Assembly: GCA_030390025.1 (NCBI GenBank)
Contig: CM059433.1
Coordinates: forward strand, 27,344,001 to 27,408,000
DNA: 64,000 nucleotides
Source: Squalus acanthias
Lineage: Eukaryota
Direction of reading: 5' to 3'
Part shown: positions 51,238 through 64,000 of the stretch, piece after piece
Position numbering within the stretch: position 1 is the stretch's first letter
Layout of the letters: every line of letters begins with the position of its first letter
Position numbers and translations under genes: made by a program
The notes under the pieces: model-generated
Told to the model about the DNA's origin: nothing
Database searches by the model: none
The model's input: only the letters and a program-made list of their open reading frames with translations

Positions 51238-51848
51238 GGGGGAAAAATTGGGTGGTGCACCTTTTGGGGCGCTATTAGCTATTATTCAGTAGTAGCGCCC
51301 CAAGTGGAAGTGCTCCACCTCCTTCTTTGGGCACTACAACTGAAGATTGCGGCGCTACGTGCAACAGCGCCAGGTGCGTCGGCTCATAGCGCCGCATCAT
51401 TGAAGGCCTCCTCCCCTGATTAAAGGGAGCGGGGTGCCGTGAAAACAGCCCAGCACTCAAGAGGAGTGCCGGGCTGAGCGATCGCAGCCGGCACCCCGAG
51501 AAAAAAAGGGGAAGGGGGCAGGTGCTGGCAGTTGGCCAAAAAAAAATGGCCACCCGACACCTGCCCCTTTTACGCCCCCGACCCTGTCGCACATATCATC
51601 CGGCGATAGGTCAGGGGGCGCAAGGGAAGTTTGCGGCGGGGCGCAAGCGGGGAGCTGAGCACGGCGATGACATCATCGCTGGCGGCGCTGCGCCGAGGCG
51701 CGCTACCGGCTACTACCGCTGCTAACCTCTCGCTGAATTTCGCGGGAGGCGTTAGCGGCGCCGCGCCCGGGCGCGAGGGGATTTGCTCCCCTCGTTAGCA
51801 CCCCCGGGGGCGCTAATGAGAGGCGCAAATCAACCCAATTTTTCTCCC
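51238..51848. mobile_element. GC-rich MITE with Harbinger family-A-type TIRs
   Basis: gggggaaaaattgggt / acccaatttttctccc ends; repeated agcgcc subterminal motifs. Confidence 0.75.
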
Positions 51849-54099
51849 AGAAGTTTTATGTGTGTTGCAGACAAAGTTCCCCAAATTTTAATCAGGTCTA
51901 CCTTGGGAATACTCCCCAATATATCCTATAATCCATCAGGGGAACTCTCACCTGCCTTAAAAAGCCTCCAAAACATTACCAAGAACAGGTAGTCGATCCC
52001 GCAGGGTATTAATTCCCTCCTATGTTCCCCAAAAAGCCCACTTGCTCCATTGGGAACAGAAGATTGCAGGAGTGAATATTTTTGCTGGATACTTCCACCA
52101 TTGGAGCACCAGGTCACCGCTCCAATTTTCTGAATGTTCGTCCAGGGATACACCACTAATGTGTCCTCCTTACAATCACAGGTTTCTTGCCCCAAGCACA
52201 CAAATGACCCTGTCCCCTCAATTTGGGATGGGCACTGAGCCTCTCTGGTCAGACGGACTTGTGGTCCACTCCACCACTCTTCCTTTGGAGGAATGGCTGA
52301 TCAAAATTTAGGGGCCAAAGGGTTCAAGTGCCTGCCTTTGTAAGATCATGCAGCAATAAACTGCTGCAGATTGTGATCCACTAAGCTGATCAAAAATACT
52401 CGCCTTAAATCTTAAATATATGGCTTTTGTGCCTCAATTGCTAGAAAAAAGCTCGCCAGCGATGCAGAGAAGTGAATGACCCCGATTGTCACATGGCCTC
52501 ATTTGAATAATAATTCATAGCTGCCAATTCAGTGTTGGCCTTATGTAGGAAGTGGGCTCACTGTGGGGAGGGTAAGTGAAAAATCTAGCCAGCAGATCCA
52601 ACTTAAGGGGGTGTGCACACTTAAAAAGTAGTGCCCTCAAATGGGGAAAATATTTGTTGTAGTCTTTATCAAGCTTCAAAATTAATTTCAGATATTTGTC
52701 AGCATTGGCCAAGGCTTGAGTAGAGTGGGAGCAAAGTAGTGGGCATAAATTAAATTAAATTAAATTAAAGGAAACCTAATATGGAAGAACAAAACATATT
52801 CTATGGGTAACTAACAAGAATGGTGCAATAAGTAACTGCCTGTTTGATGAACAGCAAAATAGACAAGCAGTTGTATGAGGTGGTGCGAGGAAGGTTGCCC
52901 AATTTGACACTTCAGGGTTCCCTGTCCAGTGGACAGCAGCCCTGGCAGTAGGTGGTAACAAGACTCAACGCTGTGTATACTAGCTACAGATAGTGAAGGC
53001 ACATCTCTGCTGACATGCTTAAATAGTTCTGGCAAATCAATGGGCCTGCGAACCCACCTTAGGTACAAGCAGACCTCCCTCTGATTCATCCTTTGAAAAT
53101 CCACCTTGCCATTTATACAGCTCTCTGAGGGCAAGAGGAATTTCAAAAAGAATGCCCATCTCATCACCAGGGGCTGTTGTAAACCACAGTGAAAATTCCT
53201 TGAAAGTTGAGTGGTTAAAAATAGAAAAAGTTTAAAAAAAAAGAAAATTAAACTGCACTGCAAAGATAAACCAATGCAATTAAATAAATACAACAAAAGA
53301 AACCAAAAAGGCAAGAAAATACTCAGCAAACCATTGGACAGCTTTAAGAAGCCCAGGAAGTAATTTCTCTTGGGTATGTCGTGGCTGGGAAGTCCTCAAA
53401 TGCATCAAATTATCACTTCTATTAATGCCCTTGCTCTGGAGCAGCGTAAAACTCCTGCTCCTCCAATGCATTCATGATGCAAGGCCACTGCCCCGATTTT
53501 CTACACGATTGCAGCTAGTGCTAGTGCGCTACTAGAACTGGGGAAGAGAAATTTTTACCTATTGTTCCCACAGTATCTGAACTTGTATTGAATTGCTACA
53601 GTTATAATGTTTGATGAACCATTCTAGCTGGAGATTTTGGTCCTGAAATTTTGTACGGTTAGTTGCGCTGGATTTGTGCTCTTGAGTCACAAGTTACGGC
53701 AGTCGATGCTGTGAAGCACCTTGGGGTGTTTCACTATGTTAAGGCACTATATAAATGCAAGTTGTTGTTCTTGTAGATGCTTTGCAGAGCTGAATCTGCC
53801 AAAAGTCTGAGAGGCTCATTTGCATATCCATTGGAAGATCTCCAGCACAAATCCCATGTAAAACAGAGTAATAAGTGCTTGAAAATTAAACGTGCTTTAA
53901 AAAGCCAGGTCTGGCAGAAGTTTGCAGCAGCAGACTGGGGAGCAACACATAAATAGTTCAGTTAACTGTTCCGTAGTTGCACTAGATACGAATCTGTGTT
54001 ATTGTCCCACTTTTCAAGGAAGTCTAACAATGGATGATCTGGCACAGAAATCCAAAAAAGGGACAAAAGCATGTAAAGAATTAACAAAAGAACAGCTTA

Positions 54100-54300
54100 C
54101 AATTTAGTGGCACTAATCTTCAAACCCTCATCGAGGAGGTAGAACAGAGACAGACTGCTAGGGTTGCATGGGAGGAGACCTCCAAAAACTATCTCTTGGG
54201 CCACGTGGAGGAATGTGGCACTGAATGCCATCTCTGTCACCCTGACAATGCAGACCAGTGCTGCAAGAAGTTCAATGACCTGACCAGGGCAGGCAATGTA
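54100..54300 (+). pseudogene. Old Harbinger Myb/SANT exon remnant (next exon remnant ~57538-57640)
   Basis: QCCKKFNDLTRAG motif, followed later by EIFVHNTRKRQG...PYEEQAMELMG after an acceptor-like site. Confidence 0.5.
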
Positions 54301-54566
54301 GCACACCAGACACACTTTTATTCCTTGGGCTCCAGTACACTCTTCATCCTCTAAAATTAAGACCTGTAAAAATCATTCACAATGCATTCTTATTAAAGGG
54401 GGCGCAAACTAGGAATATTACTTTAAGTAGTCGATTTTAACTCTATCCGCCCAGTAGAAACCAGTGCTCCTTCGGGCCCCACAGGAAAGTTGTGGCCAGC
54501 CGAGCCCCGGACTCCCTCCTTTCCCTCCAGTAAGACCCTGCCAAAACTCCCTCCCTGCCACTTACC

Positions 54567-57170
54567 TATAATTATGGGGGATTTTAACTATCATATTAAC
54601 TGGACAAATCAAATTGGGCAGGGCAGCCTTGAGGAAGAGTTCACTGAGTGTATTAGGGATGGATTTCTTGAGCAGTATGTAACTGATCCTACAAGGGGGC
54701 AAGCAACCTTGGATCTGGTCCTGTGTAATGAGTCAGGATTAATTAATAATGTCAAAGTCAAGGATCACATTGGAATGAGTGACCATAACATGGTTAAATT
54801 CCATATCCAATTAGAGGGTGAGAAGGTTGGTTCTCAAACAAGCGTACTGAGCTTGAATAAAGGAGACTTTGATGGTATGAGAGCGGAATTGATTAAAGTG
54901 GACTGGGAAAATAGATTAAAGGGTAAGACGGTACATGAGCAGTGGTGTTCATTTAAGGAGTTACTTTACAACTTTCAAAAAAAATATATTCCACTGAGGA
55001 AAAAAGGGTGTAAAAGAAAAGACAGCCATCCGTGGCTAAGTAAAGAAATTAAGGATAGTATCCGACTAAAAACAAGGACATATAAGGTAGCCAAACTTAG
55101 TGGGAGGATAGAAGATTGGGAAGTCTTCAAAAGACAGCAAAAAGTAACTAAAGGATTGATTAAGAAAGGGAAGATAGATTATGAAAATAAATTAGCAAAA
55201 AATATAAAAACAGATAGCAAGAGTTTCTATAGTTATATAAAAAGAAAAAGGGTGGCTAAGGCAAACGTAGGTCCCTTAGAGGATGAGACCGGGAAATTAA
55301 TGGTGGGAAACATGGAGATGGCAAAAATGCTGAACAAATATTTTGTTTCAGTCTTTACGGTAGAGGACACTAAGAATATCCCAACACTGGACAAACAGGG
55401 GGCTCTAGGGGGGGAGGAGCTAAATACGATTAAAATCACTAAGGAATTGGTACTCAGTAAAATAATGGGACTCAAGGCAGATAAATCCCCTGGACCTGAT
55501 GGCTTACATCCTAGGGTCTTGAGGGAAGTGGCAGTAGGGATTGTGGATGCTTTGGTAATAATTTTCCAAAATTCCCTGGACTCGGCAAAGGTCCCGGCAG
55601 ATTGGAAAACTGCTAATGTAACACCCTTATTTAAAAAGGGTAGTAGGCAGAAGGCTGGAAATTATAGACCAGTTAGCCTAACATCTGTGGTGGTTAAAAT
55701 TTTGGAGTCTATTATTAAGGAGACAGTAACGGAACATTTAGATAAACATAATTTAATAGGACAAAGTCAGCATGGCTTTATGAAGGGGAAGTCATGTCTG
55801 ACAAATTTGCTTGAGTTCTTTGAGGACATAACGTACAGGGTGGATAAAGGGGAACCAGTGGACGTAGTGTATTTAGACTTCCAGAAGGCATTCGACAAGG
55901 TGCCACATAAAAGATTATTGCTCAAGATAAAAAATCACTGGATTGGGGGTAATATTCTGGCATGGGTGGAGGATTGGTTATCTAACAGGAAGCAGAGAGT
56001 TGGGATAAATGGTTCATTCTCGGACTGGCAACCAGTAGCCAGTGGTGATCCGCAGGGGTCGGTGCTGGATCCCCAACTCTTTACAATCTATATTAACGAT
56101 TTGGAGGAGGGGACCGAGTGTAACATATCAAAGTTTGCAGATGATACTAAGATGGGAGGGAAATTAGAAAGTGAGGAGGACATAAAAAACCTACAAGGGG
56201 ATATAGACAGGCTGGGTGAGTGGGCGGAGATTTGGCAGATGCAATACAATATTGGAAAATGTGAGGTTATGCACTTTGGCAGGAAAAATCAGAGAGCAAG
56301 TTATTATCTTAATGGCGAGAAACTGGAAAGTACTGCAGTACAAAGGGATCTGGGGGTCCTAGTGCAAGAAAATCAAAAAGTTAGTATGCAGATGCAGCAG
56401 GTGATCAAGAAGGCCAACGGAATGTTGGCTTTTATTGCTAGGGGGATAGATTATAAAAACAGGGAGGTATTGCTGCAGTTATATAAGGTATTGGTGAGAC
56501 CGCTCCTGGAATACTGCATACAGTTTTGGTGTCCATACTTAAGAAAAGACATACTTGCTCTCGAGGCAGTACAAAGAAGGTTCACTCGGTTAATCCCGGG
56601 GATGAAGGGGTGGACATATGAGGAGAGGTTGAGTAGATTGGGACTCTACTCATTGGAGTTCAGAAGAATGAGAGGCGATCTTATTGAAACATATAAGATT
56701 GTGAAGGGGCTTGATCGGGTGGATGCGGTAAGGATGTTCCCAAGGATGGGTGAAACTAGAACTAGGGGGCATAATCTTAGAATAAGGGGCTGCTCTTTCA
56801 AAACTGAGATGAGGAGAAACTTCTTCACTCAGAGGGTAGTAGGTCTGTGGAATTTGCTGCCCCAGGAAGCTGTGGAAGCTACATCATTAAATAAATTTAA
56901 AACAGAAATAGACAGTTTCCTAGAAGTAAAGGGAATTAGGGGTTACGGGGATAGGCAGGAAATTGGACATGAGGCTGAGTTCGGATCGGTCAAGGCCCTG
57001 TGGGTGGCGAAGCGGGCCCAGGGGCTGAGTGGCCGGGTCCTGCTCCTACTTCTTGTGTTCTTTAGATTTGAGGTTAGGATCAGATCAGCCATGATCTTAT
57101 TGAATGGCGGAGCAGGCTCGAGGGGCCGATTGGCCTACTCCTGCTCCTATTTCTTATGTTCTTATGTTCT
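54567..57170 (+). mobile_element. 5'-truncated CR1 LINE, family 2, with an uninterrupted ORF2 remainder
   Basis: 895-aa ORF running from IIMGDFN through RT; the N-terminal endonuclease portion is missing; (ttcttatg)n tail. Confidence 0.93.
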
Positions 57171-57639
57171 TACCTGAAGGCCGGTGGGCAGCCAAGGACC
57201 AGCCGTGCCACTCTGCACGGTGCTTGTTCCAGGGCTAGAAGTGGGCCGGAGTAATTTAAATGAGGCAAGGTGGTTAAAATTGCCATGGCCTCCTGCTGCC
57301 TTTGCCGAGTGAGGTGTCAACTCGGCGGAATGGTTTGCTGGAAACCCTATCCAAGTTAATATCTGCCTCTATGTGTAGCCACCTCCCCTAACAGCACTTA
57401 GTTGCATACACAACCTTGAAATGCATTACCCTACTTTAACAGGGTGATACCACCACATCTCTTACATTAGCTGTCCAATGCCACATGAAATACAATGAAT
57501 TGCCATACTTTACCTAATTCACTCAATCTTGTTACAGGAGATATTTGTGCACAATACCCGCAAGAGGCAAGGCAACAGCAGAGCCATCCCCAACATAAAG
57601 GAGCACAACCCTTATGAGGAGCAGGCCATGGAGCTGATG

Positions 57640-59451
57640 GGTAGGTTGTGGGAGATGGCAAAGTCGGGGAGATGGGCCGCGATTTCCCCTACCTCGGCAG
57701 GTCCGGTGCAGCCGGGGTCGGTGGCGGGGTGCAATCCCACTGCTGGCTCCAGCCCGCTGTCCAAAATAATCTTACGCTGATTGGGCTTGTTAAGCCTGCT
57801 CAGCGCGTTTCCCGGCCAATTGAAGGAAGCGGGTCTGATGACGTCACTTGATGACACGTCATCAGCCGGTTTCCTTAAAGGGACCATGCAGAAATTGATT
57901 TTGACAGTTGTGCTGTCAGTGTTCTACAGCATTGAGGTACTGCAAACACTGACAAGCACTGCACAGAGGTGCACGGCTGCACCCAGGTTCTCCCATGATT
58001 CCCTCCATATGCTTATGGAGGGAGTCACAGCACGCAGGGAGGTTCTCTTCCCTTCACATGGGCAGAAGAGATCTCCCCATGAGATCAACGCAGCCTGATT
58101 GCACATTGCACAGGGGGACACATGCAGAGATATCGTTAGGAGGACCAGGCTGCAGTGGCGCAAACCTTTCAATGATCTCAGTAGATCACAAAACGTTACT
58201 GCAAAGCCACACTCAGCCTCATCCTGCTGTGCCACTCATCACATCCCCATCACTCTGCCTTCCCTACCCTACTCCTGCACATCCTTACTCACATCAACTT
58301 ACCTTGCACCTCCACCCATCCCTCTCTATCTACATTATCACTTCCCCATCTCACTAGCCACCCCTCACACTCACCCTCATCCTAGTCCAATCTTACCAAC
58401 TAACAACACACAAGGGTAGGTACTTGGGTGTTTTAGCCAGTGTTCATGTGAAGTTTCTGTTAATATGCTGTCAAACATTGAAAACTTTATTTTCAACACT
58501 TTGCGTTCTTGCACAGATTTGTTTGCACTTTTAGAAGTGGCTTAGTGAGTTGCAGTGAATGGTGAGACATAACGGTACCCCCCGCAATGGTCATGAGTGT
58601 GAAAGGAATGGCTTGGGCATTGTAGGGATGCTTTATGGTGTTGGTGTGGGGTGGTGCCAACTTGGCGCATCATGTGGCAGCCAGGGTGTACAGCGTCAAG
58701 TGAATTAAATCTGGCTATGGTGAGGCCATCCCTGGCGGCCTGGGCAGCAATGTGGTCGGGTGCTGATGCACCGTGCAGCATCAGTTGATTGCGGAGAAGG
58801 TTGGTGTTATTGTTGGTGCTGCTGGTGTGCCTGGTGCTGCTGGTGTTGGAGCTGATCGTGGTGGGATGCTGAGGACCAAGGTGACATAGTTTCAAGGGCA
58901 CCGATGCTGATGGAATAGATGGCAGGTGATGTTGAGATGACAGAAGCGATCTGTCAATGGTGAGAGAGGTTGTTCCAATGAGGTGACACTGGAGACACAG
59001 AGTTTGCTCCAAACACTTGCAAGCTGCATAAAGCTCAATCTGTCTTCCAAATGCAGTAAGCAACAGCTTCTAACCTTGGAAAGTGAACAGCTATGAAATG
59101 GGAGCTTTTATCGCACATTTGCAGCTGTCAAGTTAAGCAATCATCCCATGCTGATACAACTCCCAACCTACTTACCTGACGTGATCCCCTAGCAGCGGGG
59201 AAGCTGTGGGCGAACTCTTAAAATCTAAAGGTGAGCTTAAAATAGTTTTTAAGTGCCTGTTAACAAGCTCTTAATCATCTAAATTGCCTCCCCCGCCGCT
59301 TGGTGTCGGGTCTGTTCAGCGATGACAGACCCGACATCTGGAAAACTAGCGTGGCGGCGGGTTGACTGCGGGTTCCCTACCCGGTCAAAAAAATAATTTC
59401 CCACCCGACCCGACACCAAACATGCCCGCTGACCCTCCAAAAATTTCCCCC
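57640..59451 (+). mobile_element. Non-autonomous Harbinger element, family C, with decayed Myb/SANT exon
   Basis: RFSHDSLHMLMEGV...QWRKPFNDL; right end aaatttccccc; inverted homolog of 62021-63762. Confidence 0.7.
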
Positions 59452-59904
59452 TATGATTACAGCACAAGGTTAGTGGCTGCACAGCTACACTATCACCATG
59501 GCATTCCTGAGGAGCACCACACAGCCAAAACCCTTTACTCCCTTTTGTGTCTCCCAAATCCCAAGGGGGTAATCCTTATTCATTCTCAGAGCACCATGCC
59601 AGTGGCATGTAGGAGGCAACACAAGGTTTCCCAGCCACATGCTCCAGAGATGCATCCAGCAGTGGCTCCTTCCCAGGAGAAAGTTGTAATGAGAGGAGTG
59701 CCACCTCAATCCCATGAGCCTTTGTAGCACAGGACTGGTGGCATGCATCCTCCTTAAATGCTGCCTCACTCTCCTTTCCTCTATCTTGTCATGCTCATCC
59801 TCCTCCATGGTAATGGCATACAAAAGTATGCCCACAGAGAATGCCATAGTTGTTTCTGAGAATACTTCACTGTGGGTGGTGGAGTTCAAAATCTCCCAGT
59901 CGTC

Positions 59905-60152
59905 TGTATGGGAACACCACGTTCCCCTCCAAGTCATACATTATCCTGACGTGGACATATACTGCTGTTCTTTCATAGTTGCTGGCTCAAAATCCTGGAA
60001 CTCCTTACCTAACAGCATTGTGATAGTACCTTCACCACATGGACTGCAGCGGTTCAAGAAAGCTCACCAACACCTTCTCAAGAGCAATTGGGATGGGTAA
60101 TAAATGCTGGCCTTGCTAGCGACGCCCACATCCTGAGAATTAATTTTTTTTA
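59905..60152 (+). mobile_element. LINE 3' tail fragment (44150 family)
   Basis: Similar to 46975-47200. Confidence 0.7.
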
Positions 60153-62020
60153 AAAACACTCCCACATGCAATCAGAAGCAAGTCCAAGGCGGAATGCAAA
60201 AAAAAGCTCCAAAAAGTCGTTTCCAGCTGCAGTAAACACTGCTCAAATTTTCAGCGATCTTCAACCCAAAAGCTCCTCTCTTCCAAAATTCTCAGATGTT
60301 CCTGGCATTGGCAGGGCCTTATATTTCTTATTCTAACTACCTCTAGTGTATTGCAGGCATAGAACTAGGAAATTTGAGGCTGTAGCCCCACTGACTCTCA
60401 TTATAATAAATTATAATCAAGTGGCTGGGGAACTTTGCGATGGATCGTGGAAAGAGTCAAAAAACAATTGGAAACTCAGGGACATTGATTTTTGAGGCAG
60501 AAAAATGATGGAAATGGCTCCCATCCTAATATGCTATCCAGGAAAAGTACTTGCCCTGATTTTACATTAAAAAACACTGAAAACCATTTATTAGGTCACC
60601 CTCAGCCTTTTTTTTTCCAAGAAAAAAGAGACCCAAGCCTGTTCATCCTTTCCTGATATGTATACCCTCGCATTTCTTGTAAATTTTCTCTGCACCCTCT
60701 CTAGTCCCTTTATATCCTTTTTATAATATGACAACCAGAACTGTATGCAGTACTCTAAGTGCTGTCCTCGCTTCACTTGAGCTGCCGAGGTTTGGGAAAC
60801 CCGGCCGGCCAGGCTTAAAACTTGCAGGCTGCCAGCCTCATTAAAATATTTAAATTGCCAACCCCCTGTCCTGCCTCCCATAAGGGTGGGTTGGAGGCGA
60901 GTTGAATTTTTTTTTTAATTTTAACATCTCAACCGATCCCAATTCACCTCTTTGTCTTCTAAGACGTCAAGCAGTTATGTGCTCTTAAAGTACAAGAATC
61001 AGATAGTAGTTGGCAGAAGTTGATTATAGATAATCAGAAACTTATCAATGCAAAAATTATACCTTTAGAAAGCCTGAAAGAAAGAAGACTAAGTGACATT
61101 CTCTTGTTTTGTATTTCCACATCCAAAGATTAAATGCAGAGCTATTGTGAAGTAAAGCTGTGTTCACATAGAATTAATTTAAATTTATGGAAACAAAACA
61201 GTAGTTGCATCAAAAGGAAACAAGAATGCAATTAAAAGTCAAGCAATTAGCACAAAGCCATGAAGTAAAAGTAAAAAGAAATTAGTACATAAAGAGAAAG
61301 TGCGTGCCAGTGACTTAAAGGTTAATCAAAAAGAAACATGGCTCAAAGAAAGGGATCAAGAAATAGAACTGATACAAAATGAACTGATACAAAGGACCAA
61401 GAACTCCATCACTGCCGAGGTACAATGTAGGGGCTTTAAGCTGCAGTATTATAATTCCCAAACGTGCTTAAAAGAATGAGACTTAGAAATTACTGGTCTC
61501 AAGCAGAAATAATGAGAAATAAGTCAAAGTGCAACCAAGCAAGAACGAAACAAGTAACTCAAAACTCTGCAAGGGACAAAACACCATTCTTTACAGAAAG
61601 AGATAACTTGCCTATATATTAGAAGAGAAAACTTACCTTTCTCAACCTATAGATGAGGTCCAAAATAACTTAAGTAACTCCTCTTCCCATTCCAGTGGGA
61701 TTGCCATTGAGAATGCGGACAGTCCAAGGGGAGGTATCTGGGAATAGCCTCCTATGATGTCTGAACCCATACAACACAAGGAACGACCGTTTCTAGTCTC
61801 TAGTCGTTATGGTCTCAAAAACTGAACCTGGGAACACTCAGTCGACAGAGAACTTTCTGCCCATAATGCAAAATAAAATCCTACTAAAAAATGTTTTCCG
61901 TGAATATTGACCCACAAGATCTGTGGACCTCTATTTTTGAGCATTTAATGGTTGTTAATTTTCATCCAGATCATTTAGATACCCTATAAGAAAACAATCG
62001 AGCAAGGTTTCTATCTCTTT

Positions 62021-63762
62021 GGCCGAGATTTTCCGGGGGGGGGTCAGCGGGCATGATTGGTGGCGGGTCGGGTGGGAAAGTGTTTTTTTTCCCCCAGCAC
62101 GTCGGGACCCTGCTGTGAAGCCGCCGCCACGCGCCTTTCCCCAATGTCAGGAGTGTCAACGCTGAGCAGACCCAACACGCAGAGGCGGGCGACCCAATTT
62201 AAATGATTAATGGCTTGTTTACAACCATTTAACAATGGTTTTAAACTGACCTTTTGAATTTGACAGCTCGCCCACGGGTTTCATGCTGTTGCTAGACCAG
62301 GTCTGTGAAGTTGAGGCGGGAGTTCAGTGGCCATTGAATCAGTTGATGAGTTGACAGCTTCAAATGTCAAGTAAAAGCTCCCACCTTACAGAGATATCTT
62401 CCCTCAGCCACAAGCTCTTCCTCACTGCATTTCCACAACAGATTCAGGATGCTGTAAGTCTTTACACAAGTCTCCATGCAGGCTGACTTCATTACCTCTC
62501 TCACCATTGACAGATCGCTTCTGTCATCTCTACTTCAACTGCCATCTATTCCATCAGCATCGGTGCCCTTTATACTCTCTCACCTTGGTCCTCAGAATCC
62601 CACCACAATCAGCCCCAACACCAGCAGCACCAGGTACACCAGCAGCACCAACAATAACACCACCAACCTTCTCCGCAATCAACTGATGCTGCACAGGACA
62701 GAGGGCATCAGCACCCGACCACAGTGCTGCCCGGGAGGCCAGAGATGGCCTCAGCATGGCCAGATTTACTTCACTTGACGCTGTACATCCTGGCTGCCAC
62801 ATGATGCGCCAGGGTGGCACCACCCCACACCAACACCATAAAGCATCCCTACAATGCCCACGCCATTCCTTTCACACTCATGACCATTGCGGGGGGTACT
62901 GTTATGTCTCACCATTCACTGCAACTCACTAAGCCACTTCCAAAGGTGCACACAAATCTGTCCAAGAACGCAAAGTGTTGAAAATAAAGTTTTCAATGTT
63001 TGACACCACATTAACAGAAACTTTACATGGACATTGCATAAAATACCCAAGTGCCTACCTTCGTGTGTTGTTAGTTGGTATGATTGCACTAGGATGAGGG
63101 TGAGTGTGAGGGGTGGCTAGTGAGATGGGGATGTGATAATATAAATAGAGAGCGATGGGTGGTAAGTTGGTGTAAGGATGTGCAGGAGTAGGGTAGCGAA
63201 GGCAGAATGATGGGGATGTGATGAGAGGCACAGCAGGATGAGGTTGAGTGTGGCTTTGTACCAACGTTTCGTGATCTACTGAGATCATTGAAACGTTTGC
63301 GCCACTGTGCCCAGGTCCTCCTGAACACATCCCTGCTTGTGCCCTCCTCTGCAATGTGCAAACAGGCTGTGTTGATCTCCTGGGGACGTCTCTTCCGTCC
63401 ATGGGAAGGGAAGAGGACCTCCCTGCGTGTTGTGACTCCCTCCATAAGCATATGGAGGGAGTCATGGGAGAGCCTGGATGCAGCCCTGTGCTTTTGTGCA
63501 CCTCAATGCTGTAGAACACTGACAGCACAAATGTCAAAATAAATTTGGACATGGTCCCTTTAAGGAAACCGGCTGATGACACATCATCAAATGATGTCAC
63601 CAGACCCGCTTCTTCTAAATGGCCGGGAAACGGCTGGGCGGGCTTAACAAGCCCTATCAAGGTAAATTCATTTCGGACTGCGGGATGGAGCCAGCAGCGG
63701 GGTCGGGACCTGCCACCAATGTCACCCGCCATGGACCGGCCGAGGTCAGCAAAATCGCTGCC
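62021..63762 (-). mobile_element. Second copy of Harbinger family C
   Basis: MLMEGVTTRREVLFPSHGRKRRPQEINTACLHIAEE...WAQWRKRFNDL; reverse-complement similarity to 57640-59451. Confidence 0.7.
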
Positions 63763-64000
63763 TCAAACGTTTGCTGTTTGGACATAGATGCTAGCAAGCC
63801 ACAGTAATGGCAGACGTATGGGGAACTGTGTGAGCTGGTGTACTGTGAATATAGTAGATCCCAGGAAGATACCCACAACAAAATATCTACCGGAAAGGTT
63901 AGAAGTACTGGAATAAGAATTCAAGGGTAGAAGGCAACAAAAAAAACATGGTTAACAGTCCACAGGGATAATCGGATAGGACAGAAGTCAAAAATACAAG

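Noticed and set aside
54490..57177. 895-aa ORF as a host gene or an active LINE
   Set aside because: It is a 5'-truncated CR1 ORF2. The N-terminus comes from flanking sequence and the C-terminus reads through into the 3' UTR.

Overview
Vertebrate genomic DNA, probably a cartilaginous fish (shark/ray), inferred from the repeat complement. The only host gene is col21a1 on the minus strand: a signal-peptide exon (3280-3422) splices to a VWA-domain exon (377-937), and the gene continues beyond the left edge. A candidate non-coding first exon lies near 50.3 kb, which would make most of the window one ~47-kb intron. The rest is dense, nested transposable-element sequence: a young CsRN1/Kabuki-type Gypsy provirus; several PIF/Harbinger DNA transposons (HARBI1-like transposase plus a spliced Myb/SANT partner gene) and their MITEs; CR1, L2 and related LINEs; two SINE families; and a 20-bp minisatellite. 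The most notable signal is a set of tiny Penelope-like insertions carrying minimal hammerhead-ribozyme motifs. These show a compensatory base change between copies, and one is a perfect 101-bp palindrome with a ribozyme on each strand. I found no convincing wholly new system; the findings are unusual configurations of known element classes. Family names come from recalled motifs, not database searches.
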